Assembly (NCBI GenBank): GCA_938034445.1
Contig: CALHLD010000004.1
Coordinates: forward strand, 64,067-128,066
Source of the DNA: an uncultured archaeon
Lineage (GTDB): Archaea; Thermoproteota; Nitrososphaeria; JACIWG01
DNA length: 64,000 bases
Direction: 5' to 3'
The position numbers and the translations under genes are program-made. The notes beneath the pieces are model-generated. The model was given only the letters and a program-made list of their open reading frames with translations. It was not told the origin of the DNA and did not search any database. Of the stretch, positions 1 to 9,260 are shown one piece after another (the first letter of the stretch is position 1; every line of letters starts with the position of its first letter).

Positions 1-660
1 ACAGAAGAACAATCTATAACTCCAAAAGACCTAACTATTTCTTGGATCATTTTCTTGGTAACTTTAGCTCTTCTAATTTTGCATCATCCATTAGAAGAGC
101 TTTTCCATTTAGAAAAGAATACTCTATTATTGGGTATCCCACTTTTTATGTCAAGTATAGTACTGTGGCTTGAGCCACAAAAAGCAAAGCATTTAGTTGA
201 ACGGAGAGTTGACTGGTGGACACTACTTTTTTTCATAATGCTATTTGCTTCTGTTGGCACACTACAGTATGTTGGTGTTATAGACATTTTAGCTAGAGGA
301 TTAATAAATATAGCAGGGCATGATCTTCTAACTTTAACAGCACTATTTATTCCAGTTATTGGTTTGCTTTCAGCATTGTTGGACAATGTTCTTGCCGTAG
401 CAACTTTCTCTCCTATTGTAATTGAAATTGGCGCTGTGGGCATAAATAATTTTCCACTTTGGTGGATTATGTTGCATTCTGCCTGTTTTATTGGCAATCT
501 TACAGTAATTGGAAGCACAGCAAATATTGTTGCCGCAGGTTTGTGTGAACGTAAAGGTGAGCGTATATCACTTTTAGAATGGGTAAAAATTGGTGCTTTA
601 GTTTCTGTACTAACTATATTGGTATCATTTGTACTCATTTACGTGCAACTTTTTATTTAA
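1..660 (+). CDS. ArsB/NhaD (SLC13/IT superfamily) ion transporter, 5'-partial
   Basis: Frame open from base 1; hydrophobic; motifs VDWWTLLFF, SALLDNV, GNLTVIGSTANIV. Confidence 0.85.
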   Translation, partial: TEEQSITPKDLTISWIIFLVTLALLILHHPLEELFHLEKNTLLLGIPLFMSSIVLWLEPQKAKHLVERRVDWWTLLFFIMLFASVGTLQYVGVIDILARGLINIAGHDLLTLTALFIPVIGLLSALLDNVLAVATFSPIVIEIGAVGINNFPLWWIMLHSACFIGNLTVIGSTANIVAAGLCERKGERISLLEWVKIGALVSVLTILVSFVLIYVQLFI

Positions 661-746
661 AAATTCCAAATAATTTAATCACTTAGTAGTGTTTGCTGGT
701 CAATCTCTAAATTAACCTAATAAATTATTAGGTGAATACATTATAA

Positions 747-890
747 ATGAACACTATATTTTCATCCTAAGAAACACGAAATTACTGGTTTACATACTAC
801 TATAAACTACTATAATATTGCCATTTACCTTTTACACCATTTTTCTTCAATAGGAATTCTTCCTGAAGTAAAATTTATTAAAAAAAGAGT
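747..890 (+). pseudogene. Decayed 5' fragment of another ArsB/NhaD paralog
   Basis: Aligns by eye to 1141-1270: ILRNTKLLVYILL / IILPFTFYT / FSSIGILPEVKFIKK vs ILKNTRLLLFILF / IISPFIFYN / FSSIVVPFEPKFVEK; broken by frameshifts and a 10-bp duplication at 796-815. Confidence 0.7.
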
Positions 891-1112
891 AAAAAACTTT
901 ACTCGCTACTTGCCTTCTTCAAAATTCTAGCGGACATGTGAATTAAAAACTCAATACACTCTTACGCTAAAATCATTCCATCCAAAACCTGTCCCCTGTG
1001 CATACTTTAGTCTAGATTAAATTTTCCGTAACTTTTCAAATTAATACAGACTATAGATGTTTTTGCCTTCAACATTTTAGATTTTAAAATTTTTAAATTA
1101 TATTATAAATTT

Positions 1113-2462
1113 ATGGTATGTGTGCGAAAAATTATGCGTGTGCCATACATCGACATCCTAAAAAATACAAGACTACTACTTTTCATATTATTCCTTATAA
1201 TTTCACCATTTATCTTTTACAATCTATTCTCTTCAATAGTGGTTCCTTTTGAGCCAAAGTTTGTTGAAAAAAATTGGCTAATATATAATGAGCCAGAATA
1301 TTTAATGAAGCAGACTCTTAGTGTTGTTATATTCTTAATGATCATTCTTGCAACATTATTGTTTTGGAAGTTCAGGGTTCCTGTAGCAATGGTTGGTGTC
1401 GCTCTAATGCTTATTGATGGTTTAGTCGAGCTCGACCTTTTGGTTGAATACATGAATATGCCAGTAATAATATTTTTACTCTGCATGATGATTATTGTAA
1501 GCTATATTCGTCGGCTAGGGTTTTTTGATTTTATATTGGAACGTACTATGATACTGACTAAATTTGAGCCTAAAATTCTACTAGTATTCTTTGTTCTAAT
1601 GTCCGCTTTCATGGCCGCGGTTGTGGATGAAGTAAGTTCAATACTTTTTATGAGTGTTCTAATATTTGATTTAGCTAAAAGGTTTGATGTCGACCCATTA
1701 CCATATCTTATGTGTTCAATTTTTGCAACAAACATTGGAAGTTCTGCAACTGTATTAGGTAATCCGATAGGTGTTTATGTCGCATTTTATGCTAGTTTAT
1801 CTTTTGACGATTTCCTTAAATGGGCTACACCCGCTGCTGTACTTTCCTCAATCATACTTGTGCCTCTAATGTTTAAACGGTATTCAGGTTTTCTTTCAAG
1901 GTTTAGACAAAAACTTTCTTCCTCCGTATTATCAGAGGAGTCTCCTACTCTAACTAGTGAAACTAAAAATGGTGGTATAATTTTTGTTATCATACTTCTT
2001 CTACTTGCTTTGCATCGTACTCTAGAATCAATTTTTTATCTTCCAAAAAATTCTTTACTTGTAGCAAAAACTCTTGCAGAAAGCTGGAACGAATTAGCGA
2101 ATCTTCTATTAAAGATTGGTGATGCCCTAATAAGGATTGGTGTCTTTCTAGCTCTAGTTTATGGCGTTTACCACGCAATTTATGCAGGATGGCGTATTTT
2201 AAATGGTGCTCCAATACACATTGGCTCTGATCCTATTACTTCAATTATTGATTCAATTATAACTTTTGGCTGTCTTGCCATACTCTATCGATTTGTTGAA
2301 AAGAGGATAGCAGGCAAGAGTTTTAGAATAGGCGGGCTTGTTGCACTTATAGTTGGTGCGATTCTTTTGGTTGTTGCATCAATTGCGGGCTTTATTATAA
2401 TATTTGGAGGCTTCTTTATAATATTAGCTGTGGAGCTTAGAAGGCCGTCTGCATTCTTTTAA
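1113..2462 (+). CDS. ArsB/NhaD transporter N-terminal part fused to an unrelated membrane-protein C-terminus (probable chimera)
   Basis: AAVVDEVSSI and ATNIGSSATVLGNP motifs; homology to the upstream paralog stops after LPKNSLLV (~2063). Confidence 0.7.
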   Translation: MVCVRKIMRVPYIDILKNTRLLLFILFLIISPFIFYNLFSSIVVPFEPKFVEKNWLIYNEPEYLMKQTLSVVIFLMIILATLLFWKFRVPVAMVGVALMLIDGLVELDLLVEYMNMPVIIFLLCMMIIVSYIRRLGFFDFILERTMILTKFEPKILLVFFVLMSAFMAAVVDEVSSILFMSVLIFDLAKRFDVDPLPYLMCSIFATNIGSSATVLGNPIGVYVAFYASLSFDDFLKWATPAAVLSSIILVPLMFKRYSGFLSRFRQKLSSSVLSEESPTLTSETKNGGIIFVIILLLLALHRTLESIFYLPKNSLLVAKTLAESWNELANLLLKIGDALIRIGVFLALVYGVYHAIYAGWRILNGAPIHIGSDPITSIIDSIITFGCLAILYRFVEKRIAGKSFRIGGLVALIVGAILLVVASIAGFIIIFGGFFIILAVELRRPSAFF

Positions 2463-2509
2463 CATATCTTAAAAATTTTTTAAATACATCATGAATATTT
2501 TAAGATTAT

Positions 2510-2803
2510 ATGGTTGAATCTGCATTTAAAAGGCTGGAAAATCGTATTCTCTTAAAGAATAAGTTGTACGAAAAGGGCTTTAGTGTTAGGTTTCATAGTT
2601 ACGAATATTACATTATTAGAGACAAGTTTGTTTCAATCATATTATTAGAACCAGGCTTTAATAGGGTTATTATACATAAGATAAGCTGGAATCTACCAGA
2701 TTCTGAGGTTTCTGTTAAAGAAATATGTTCTATAGTAAAGGAGATTGATCCATTTGTTAAAATTTTTATAGAAGAGGATGAGAAACTTGATTTATGTTCA
2801 TAA
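2510..2803 (+). CDS. Hypothetical protein
   Basis: 97-aa ORF with ATG, co-oriented with neighbours. Confidence 0.55.
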   Translation: MVESAFKRLENRILLKNKLYEKGFSVRFHSYEYYIIRDKFVSIILLEPGFNRVIIHKISWNLPDSEVSVKEICSIVKEIDPFVKIFIEEDEKLDLCS

Positions 2804-2824
2804 ATTGGATGGTGTAGTGAAATA

Positions 2825-3649
2825 ATGTTGTTTGATGACACGTTCGACAGGTATGACCCTTCCCAAGCCATCTTATATGTTTATGATGTTTGGAAAGCTT
2901 ATGATAGTGTATCCGCCTTAAACGGTATATCCCTTTATGTTAAAAAGGGTGAAATTTTAGGTCTTATAGGTCCCAACGGTTCTGGTAAAACTACTACAAT
3001 AAAGATTATTCTAGGCTTGCTTAAAAAGGATAGGGGTATAGTTAATGTTTTAGGTTATGATATTGATAAGGAACCTTTTAAATATAAGCAGTTTATTGGA
3101 TATGTTCCTGAAGCTGCTGTAATTCCCGAATATTTGACAGCATACGAGTTCTTATATTATTTTGGACGTATAAGGGCTGTTCCCGAAAATGTTTTGAAAG
3201 ACAAAATTGAAGGTTTTATGAAACTATTGGGTTTAATTGATAAGAAGAAAGAGTTGATTGTCTCACTTTCTAAGGGTATGAAGCAGAAGCTTATCTTTTT
3301 ATCTTCACTCATTTGTGAACCTAAGCTTCTGTTATTAGATGAACCTTTTATAGGAATAGACCCTGAAGGTCAATATGAAATCAAGTCTATCCTTAAAGGT
3401 CTTTCTGAAAAAGGCTGTTCTATTCTCCTATCAACACATCTACTTGATTTTGCTGAAAGGTTCTGTGATAGGGTTGCTATAATAAATAAGGGTAAGAATA
3501 TTGCTACCGGCGATTTAGAGCATCTTAAACAGCGTGTAAGTTTAGGTGAAGATACCACTCTTGAACAAATATTTCTAACTTTAACAAAGGATCAGCCTGG
3601 AGTAAAAGATAATCGGATGGTTGAAGAGAAAGAAAGAAGGCGTTTTTAG
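2825..3649 (+). CDS. ABC-2 type exporter ATP-binding protein
   Basis: GPNGSGKTT, LSKGMKQK signature, LLLDEP, H-loop STH. Confidence 0.92.
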   Translation: MLFDDTFDRYDPSQAILYVYDVWKAYDSVSALNGISLYVKKGEILGLIGPNGSGKTTTIKIILGLLKKDRGIVNVLGYDIDKEPFKYKQFIGYVPEAAVIPEYLTAYEFLYYFGRIRAVPENVLKDKIEGFMKLLGLIDKKKELIVSLSKGMKQKLIFLSSLICEPKLLLLDEPFIGIDPEGQYEIKSILKGLSEKGCSILLSTHLLDFAERFCDRVAIINKGKNIATGDLEHLKQRVSLGEDTTLEQIFLTLTKDQPGVKDNRMVEEKERRRF

Positions 3650-3662
3650 AGGGTAGAGTCTT

Positions 3663-5171
3663 TTGGCTGTAAAAGAAATCTATCTTCTAAGAATTATTGC
3701 AACCTTCGGCTCTTTAAGGAAATCCAAGTCTGATGCTATCATAATTTTAGCTATTTTATTTATTGGAATGGCGTTGATTCCAGCTATTTTTTCTGAGGGC
3801 TCTTTTTATGGTAATATAGTTGTTGACACTTTATTACGCTACCCTATACTTTTAATATTTCCTCTTCTTTTTCTTTCATCAGTTTTGGTAAGTAAAATGA
3901 ATGTAACAGAATATGAGCGTGATTTTATCTTATCCACAGGGATTTCATCTTCAGAATTTTTAATAGCAAAAACGCTATATGATTTAACCATGGTTTTACT
4001 TCTTTTCTTTCTACCTCTTTTAATACCTTTTATTCTTTCTATAGTTCTCCTCAAAATCTTCTATATTTTTCTATTTTTCTCAATACTAACAACACTTGTA
4101 ATCTCGGTTTTGCTCGAAAATAGTTTTAAGGTTTTAATATTATTCTATAATAGGAATATTGTTAGGGCTGCAATTTTATTAATTATAATACTTTTTTCTC
4201 TACCCTTACTTAATAGTCTTTATCCTGAAATTTTTCCTGACTGGTTATATTATGTTTCTCCAATAGGCTGTATACAGGTTTTGTTAGTGAAAAATAATTT
4301 CATTATACCCGTTTCCTCCATCATTTTCTGGATTGCTTTTTCCTTGTTCCTCTTGTTTAAAGCATCTAATGTAAATTTTATTCCATTGGTTCAAGTTGTC
4401 CCATTACGTACTATGTTTGATATAAGCTTAGCTTCACAAGTGAGAAAGCAGAAGTATGTCCTAAGTAAGATTGGACCACTTTCTATACCTGTAGGACTTT
4501 ATAGTGCGCCAAAAAATAAGGTTCTATTTTATGCTAAGGAGTCCATTACTAGAACATTTAGGTTCGGAGACTTTTATAACCTTATCCTAACAACATTTTT
4601 CCTCTACCTACCCTACATTTTTTTAAAACCATATTCATCTAATATGTATGGTTTCTATAGACTAACCCTTTCCCCAGCATATTTCATAATAATATTTTAT
4701 CCACTGATATTTTCTCAATTGTGGGTTACTGAATTTGGGGAATGTGTGTGGATTGTTAAAGCTTATTCTAAAGAATTTTTTTCATTTTCTCTAGGACTAT
4801 TTTTTTGGCAGCTTTTCATAGCTTTACCAACAATTTTTATAATAGGCGTAATAGAATTTTTTCTTAACACATATAATTTAATTCCATCCTTAACCTTCTC
4901 AACTTTAACATTAATTGTAAACTCTGCTTTCGGAATATTTTACACCTTTTGGCTTCTAAAAAGGAAGGCCTTCACTCCACTAATGTTGTTCATTGGAATA
5001 ATCTTCTATGTCATCCTATCGACACCACCACTTTCACTTCTTTTTATCAAAGAATTTTTTATAATCAAATTAGAGTTTGTTTTAGACCTACTTTCTATCA
5101 TCTACACACTAGCTTCTGCCTATATTTTCCTATATAAGGCTGTAAAAATTTTTGAAGAAATAGAAGTATAG
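3663..5171 (+). CDS. Putative ABC exporter permease
   Basis: Polytopic hydrophobic 502-aa ORF directly after the ABC ATPase. Confidence 0.7.
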   Translation: MAVKEIYLLRIIATFGSLRKSKSDAIIILAILFIGMALIPAIFSEGSFYGNIVVDTLLRYPILLIFPLLFLSSVLVSKMNVTEYERDFILSTGISSSEFLIAKTLYDLTMVLLLFFLPLLIPFILSIVLLKIFYIFLFFSILTTLVISVLLENSFKVLILFYNRNIVRAAILLIIILFSLPLLNSLYPEIFPDWLYYVSPIGCIQVLLVKNNFIIPVSSIIFWIAFSLFLLFKASNVNFIPLVQVVPLRTMFDISLASQVRKQKYVLSKIGPLSIPVGLYSAPKNKVLFYAKESITRTFRFGDFYNLILTTFFLYLPYIFLKPYSSNMYGFYRLTLSPAYFIIIFYPLIFSQLWVTEFGECVWIVKAYSKEFFSFSLGLFFWQLFIALPTIFIIGVIEFFLNTYNLIPSLTFSTLTLIVNSAFGIFYTFWLLKRKAFTPLMLFIGIIFYVILSTPPLSLLFIKEFFIIKLEFVLDLLSIIYTLASAYIFLYKAVKIFEEIEV

Positions 5172-5182
5172 CCATATACCAT

Positions 5183-6346
5183 TCAAGTTTTGAGAAATTT
5201 TTCCATTCTCGAAATGGCTTCCTCAATTTTTTCTCTTGAAGTCGCATAAGAAATTCTAAAATGCTTTTCATAGCCCATTCCAAAACTTGAGCCGGGTGTT
5301 GTGTTCACTCCAGCCTTTTCTAGTAAATGTTCTGAAAATTTTTCCGCTTCACTATAGACGTCTTCAGCGTTTGGGAAAAAGTAGAATGCTCCTTGAGGTT
5401 TCTGAATTTTGAAACCCATTCTCCTTAGTCCATTGTAGAAGATGTCTCTTCTTATCTTAAACTCATTTACCATGCCCCTTACATAACTTTCACATTCATT
5501 TAATGCTGTAACTGCTGCCTTCTGTATGAATGTTGGAGGATGGGTTGTGGTCTGCTGCTGTACTTTCAAAATTTCTTTAACCACATCCTTTGGACCGCAT
5601 ATGTATCCAAGCCTCCACCCTGTCATAGAATATGCTTTACTGAATCCATTAACTATAATAGTCCTATCTTTCATTCTATTAATCTTTGAAAATGGCGTAA
5701 ACTCTCCATCATAAACTAGTCTACAGTATATTTCATCTGAAACAACCCATAGCTCTTTTCTTTCTACTATTTCCGCAACATTTTCTAAAGTTCTCTTATC
5801 ATATAAGACGCCCGCAGGATTGTTTGGATAATTTAAAAGTAATGCCTTAGTTCTATTTGTAATAGACTCCTCTATATCTTCTGGAAGGAGTTCAAAATTT
5901 TCTCCAGTTCTAACTTGAACTGGAACCGCTCCAACAAATTTTGCTATATCAAAGTAGCTTGGCCAAGCCGGTGTCGGAATAATCACCTCATCACCTTCAT
6001 CTAAAAGTGCGGTAAGAGCATAAAAAATCCCCATTTTTGCTCCAGTTGTGACAACAATTTCGTTTGGCAAATATTCTATCCTAAAATTTTCTCTTAAATT
6101 ATTTGATATCGCCTCCCTAAGTTCAAGTAATCCTTGACTCTGAGAATATTTTGTTAACCCTTCATTTAAAGCCTTGTATGCTGACTCAATTATAGGTTTT
6201 GGAGTTGGAAAGTCTGGTTCACCAACATCAAGGCTTATTACATCAACACCCTTTGCCCTTAATTCTCTAGCTTTTTCAGCCGCCTTCATAGTAGCTGACT
6301 CGCCTATCTTAAATAACTTTTTTGGTGGAGTATAGTTTTTCATCAC
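5183..6346 (-). CDS. Class I/II PLP-dependent (aspartate-type) aminotransferase
   Basis: GEPDF, NYPNNPAG, SDEIY, GFSKAYSMTGWRLG. Confidence 0.92.
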   Translation of the reverse strand: MMKNYTPPKKLFKIGESATMKAAEKARELRAKGVDVISLDVGEPDFPTPKPIIESAYKALNEGLTKYSQSQGLLELREAISNNLRENFRIEYLPNEIVVTTGAKMGIFYALTALLDEGDEVIIPTPAWPSYFDIAKFVGAVPVQVRTGENFELLPEDIEESITNRTKALLLNYPNNPAGVLYDKRTLENVAEIVERKELWVVSDEIYCRLVYDGEFTPFSKINRMKDRTIIVNGFSKAYSMTGWRLGYICGPKDVVKEILKVQQQTTTHPPTFIQKAAVTALNECESYVRGMVNEFKIRRDIFYNGLRRMGFKIQKPQGAFYFFPNAEDVYSEAEKFSEHLLEKAGVNTTPGSSFGMGYEKHFRISYATSREKIEEAISRMEKFLKT

Positions 6347-6450
6347 AAATAGTATTTGAAAAATTTATTTTAAACTTTGTTTTTAACTTTAATCAACGGA
6401 TAAATTTTTTTTGTTATAGTTTAAATATGATATCATATAATATGTTAACG

Positions 6451-6939
6451 ATGCCTAAAAAGGTTCTAATACTCTCTGACACACATTGCGAATCTCTTGC
6501 ACAACTTTCTCCTAAGATTTGTGATAAAATAAAGGATGTTGACATCATAATTCATGCCGGAGATTACACGCAAATTAGTTTGGTTGAAGAATTAGCCAAG
6601 GTTAAAACCTTCTACGGCGTTTACGGTAATATGGACAGTTATGAAATAAAGAATAAGTTACCGGAAAAGCTTGTTATCGAATTAGAGGGGTTCAAAATAG
6701 GTGTAACACATCCTCCAGAAGGCGGTGCACCATTTAGCATCAAAAAGAGGGTTAAAGCCATTATAAAAGAAAGGGTTGATGCAATAATCTTCGGCCACAC
6801 TCATAAAGCAGAAATATCTAAAATTGAAGACATATTATATATAAACCCGGGTTCAGCGAAATCTAGTTTCATACACCCACAAACTTATGCACTATTAGAA
6901 GTTTTGGACAAGCTTTACCCAAAAATTGTAAAAATTTAA
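6451..6939 (+). CDS. Metallophosphoesterase, YfcE/MJ0936 (Vps29-like) family
   Basis: SDTH, HAGD, GNMD, FGHTH, NPGS; start set at ATG 6451 just before the first strand. Confidence 0.88.
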   Translation: MPKKVLILSDTHCESLAQLSPKICDKIKDVDIIIHAGDYTQISLVEELAKVKTFYGVYGNMDSYEIKNKLPEKLVIELEGFKIGVTHPPEGGAPFSIKKRVKAIIKERVDAIIFGHTHKAEISKIEDILYINPGSAKSSFIHPQTYALLEVLDKLYPKIVKI

Positions 6940-7021
6940 ATGCTCCTCCATCAATGGATGGTTGTCGCGGGTGGTGGTCCTCCCACTGTTCCGCGTAATA
7001 AACCCCGGTTGGGAGGTGTAT
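6940..7021 (+). ncRNA. GC-rich structured RNA element upstream of queT (candidate riboswitch or sRNA; strand not certain)
   Basis: CGCGG 6966-6970/CCGCG 6991-6995; CCTCCCA 6979-6985/TGGGAGG 7010-7016 pseudoknot; CCATC/GATGG hairpin 6948-6961; alternative CCTCC 6945-6949/GGAGG 7012-7016. Confidence 0.6.
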
Positions 7022-7056
7022 AAAATATTGGAAAAAATAGAAATAGTCTAATATAT

Positions 7057-7548
7057 TTGGAGAGGAAGACTTTCACACTATCAATTGTGATTGCAGCATT
7101 GTATGCAGCTTTAACAATATTGCTTGGTCCACTAAGTTTTTCAGCATTGTTCCAGATTAGATTATCCGATTCACTTATTCCATTAAGCCATAATCGAAGG
7201 ATAGGTAAGGCTGCAATATTTGGAACCACTTTGGGTGCTATTGTTTCCAACATCTTTTCTTTCTATGGCTTTTATGATCTTCTTATTGGTTCTATAGCGA
7301 ACTTTTTTGCAAGCCTTATACCTTATCTGCTTAGCTCACATAAAAGTGTATACGCTATGTTTCTGGCGACCACATTATCGTGTTTAACTGTTATCTTCTT
7401 TGTAGGATTCATACTTTTTAACCAAATACTAAATATTCCACTTGAAACATCACTATTGAGCATCACATTTGGCTCTATTATCTCAATAATATTTTTGGGC
7501 ACCATTCTCCTTTTTGCGTTAGAAAAATTTTTCAGTAAACAAAACTAG
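7057..7548 (+). CDS. queT: QueT (COG4708) family ECF S-component, 7-deazaguanine precursor transporter
   Basis: IAALYAALT..LGPLSF..FQIRLSDSL, GTTLGAIVSNIFS..G.YDLLIGS pattern. Confidence 0.82.
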   Translation: MERKTFTLSIVIAALYAALTILLGPLSFSALFQIRLSDSLIPLSHNRRIGKAAIFGTTLGAIVSNIFSFYGFYDLLIGSIANFFASLIPYLLSSHKSVYAMFLATTLSCLTVIFFVGFILFNQILNIPLETSLLSITFGSIISIIFLGTILLFALEKFFSKQN

Positions 7549-8354
7549 CTAATTAAATCTAGTATGTTTTTGCCTAACTTTTCATTAGCAGCCAAAATAC
7601 AACTTATTCTTCCATCATATGAGAGGTCTAACTCATTTTCTATATTAAGTAGTTTAACAAATGCTCCTGAAATTTTTGCCATAAAAAGTGAAGCCGCTAT
7701 GTCTACAACACGTAATCTTGGATATAATTCGATGAAAGCATCTAGGCTTCCAATGGAAACGTATGCTGTTTCTATCGCGGCAGTGCCAAAGAATCTTGGA
7801 TACTTAACATACTTTAGTATCTTGAATAGTTTTTCACTATATCCTTTATCATCAGTTCCATACAATCTTGGTATTACTGTAGCCAAGGTAATAGGTAATT
7901 CTGTCCTTGATGAGGGTCTCCTCACTTGCCCGTTTAGATAAACATTTTTTCCATCACAAAATATTATGTCTCCGGTAACAATGTTTGATACACCTGAAAC
8001 AATTACGTCAGAAAATTTTAAACTTTTTGAAATACATATGGACGTACTATAGCATGGTATTCCTCTGACTGCATTATTGCTTCCATCAAGTGGGTCTATG
8101 ATGGCTATTGTTCCTCCACCATTAACATTTATTGTTCCAGATTCTTCGCTTATTAATGTAAACCCTATACCAGTTTTTCTAAATTCTTCAATTATCGCGC
8201 CTTCTGCTTCGGTGTCAATGTTGTAGGTTGTATCTCCGAACCTGTTTTCTTTCAAGCTGAAAATGTTTTCTCTACAATTAATTACCTTTTCACGCGCTCT
8301 TTTGAATGCGTGTTCTAATATTGCAAGATAGTTTTCCGGGTTCAAGCTTGACAC
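7545..8354 (-). CDS. Inositol monophosphatase / FBPase family
   Basis: ISEE, IDPLDGS, D-IAA motifs. Confidence 0.88.
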   Translation of the reverse strand: MSSLNPENYLAILEHAFKRAREKVINCRENIFSLKENRFGDTTYNIDTEAEGAIIEEFRKTGIGFTLISEESGTINVNGGGTIAIIDPLDGSNNAVRGIPCYSTSICISKSLKFSDVIVSGVSNIVTGDIIFCDGKNVYLNGQVRRPSSRTELPITLATVIPRLYGTDDKGYSEKLFKILKYVKYPRFFGTAAIETAYVSIGSLDAFIELYPRLRVVDIAASLFMAKISGAFVKLLNIENELDLSYDGRISCILAANEKLGKNILDLIS

Positions 8355-8444
8355 TTAAGGTTTAATGTGTGTGTATTTAAATTGCTTTGCATTTAACTTT
8401 TCTGGAAACAACTTTTTATAATACTATTCTAATGTGCCAAGATA

Positions 8445-9254
8445 ATGGTCTCCAGCTATAGAAAGATTGAAGTTATACCCTTAAAAGTTCATAGAATATG
8501 CGAGGGAGAAGATGTTATAGAAGTTTTAATCAAGGCAATAAAAAGAAAGAGATTGAAGTTGAATGATGGTGATGTTATTGCTGTAGCTGATAAGGTGCTT
8601 GCATTTTATGAAGGAAGAATAGTTAACTATCAGAATATTCACATTTCAGAGGAGGCTCTGATGTTGGCTAAAAAATATAATCTTGAGCCAGGTTTTGTTC
8701 AACTTGTTCTTAATGAATCTGAAAAGGTTTTTGGAGGTGTTGAGAGGGCAATACTTACGCTTACGAAAGGTGTTTTGATGGCGAATGCTGGAGTTGATCA
8801 TAAGAACGCTCCCCGAGGTAAGGCTGCCCTATGGCCAAAAAATCCTGAAGTTTTGGCTTCGAAGATAAGGGTTGAGCTTGAAAGAAGGTTTGGGAAAAAA
8901 TTGGCTGTGATTATTGTGGATAGTAAGGTTAATCCTCTTAGGCGTGGGACTGTAGGAATAGCTATAGGCTTTTCTGGACTAGCTCCGGTACTCGATTGTA
9001 GAGGTAAAAAGGATCTTTTTGGCAATTCTCTTAAGATAACTTTCATGAATGTTGTTGATGACCTTGCTACAATGGCCCATCTTCTTATGGGTGAAACAAC
9101 TGAATCGATTCCATTTGTCTTAATAAGGAATGCTCCTATTAATTTAACAGAAGAAGACTTGTCTGATGAAGTGAAAATATCTGAAGAAGATTGTCTAATT
9201 TTAAATAGTCTAAAAGAGTATTATTGTTCAAATAACTGTTGTAGAAAAATATAA
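8445..9254 (+). CDS. cofE: Coenzyme F420-0:gamma-glutamyl ligase (CofE) family
   Basis: GDVIAVADK, ANAGVD, DS...PLRRG, MGETTESIP. Confidence 0.8.
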   Translation: MVSSYRKIEVIPLKVHRICEGEDVIEVLIKAIKRKRLKLNDGDVIAVADKVLAFYEGRIVNYQNIHISEEALMLAKKYNLEPGFVQLVLNESEKVFGGVERAILTLTKGVLMANAGVDHKNAPRGKAALWPKNPEVLASKIRVELERRFGKKLAVIIVDSKVNPLRRGTVGIAIGFSGLAPVLDCRGKKDLFGNSLKITFMNVVDDLATMAHLLMGETTESIPFVLIRNAPINLTEEDLSDEVKISEEDCLILNSLKEYYCSNNCCRKI

Positions 9255-9260
9255 ATTTGC

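Noticed and set aside
6960-7006. Minus-strand resemblance to a ZTP riboswitch or H/ACA RNA
   Set aside because: ZTP core (GACUG, GGGGAGC, CGCCUGGG) is absent; no K-turn or properly placed ACA box.
6951-7253. 100-aa minus-strand ORF over queT and the structured element
   Set aside because: Antisense to queT with no recognisable motif; the Pro/Gly tail reflects the GC-rich RNA element.
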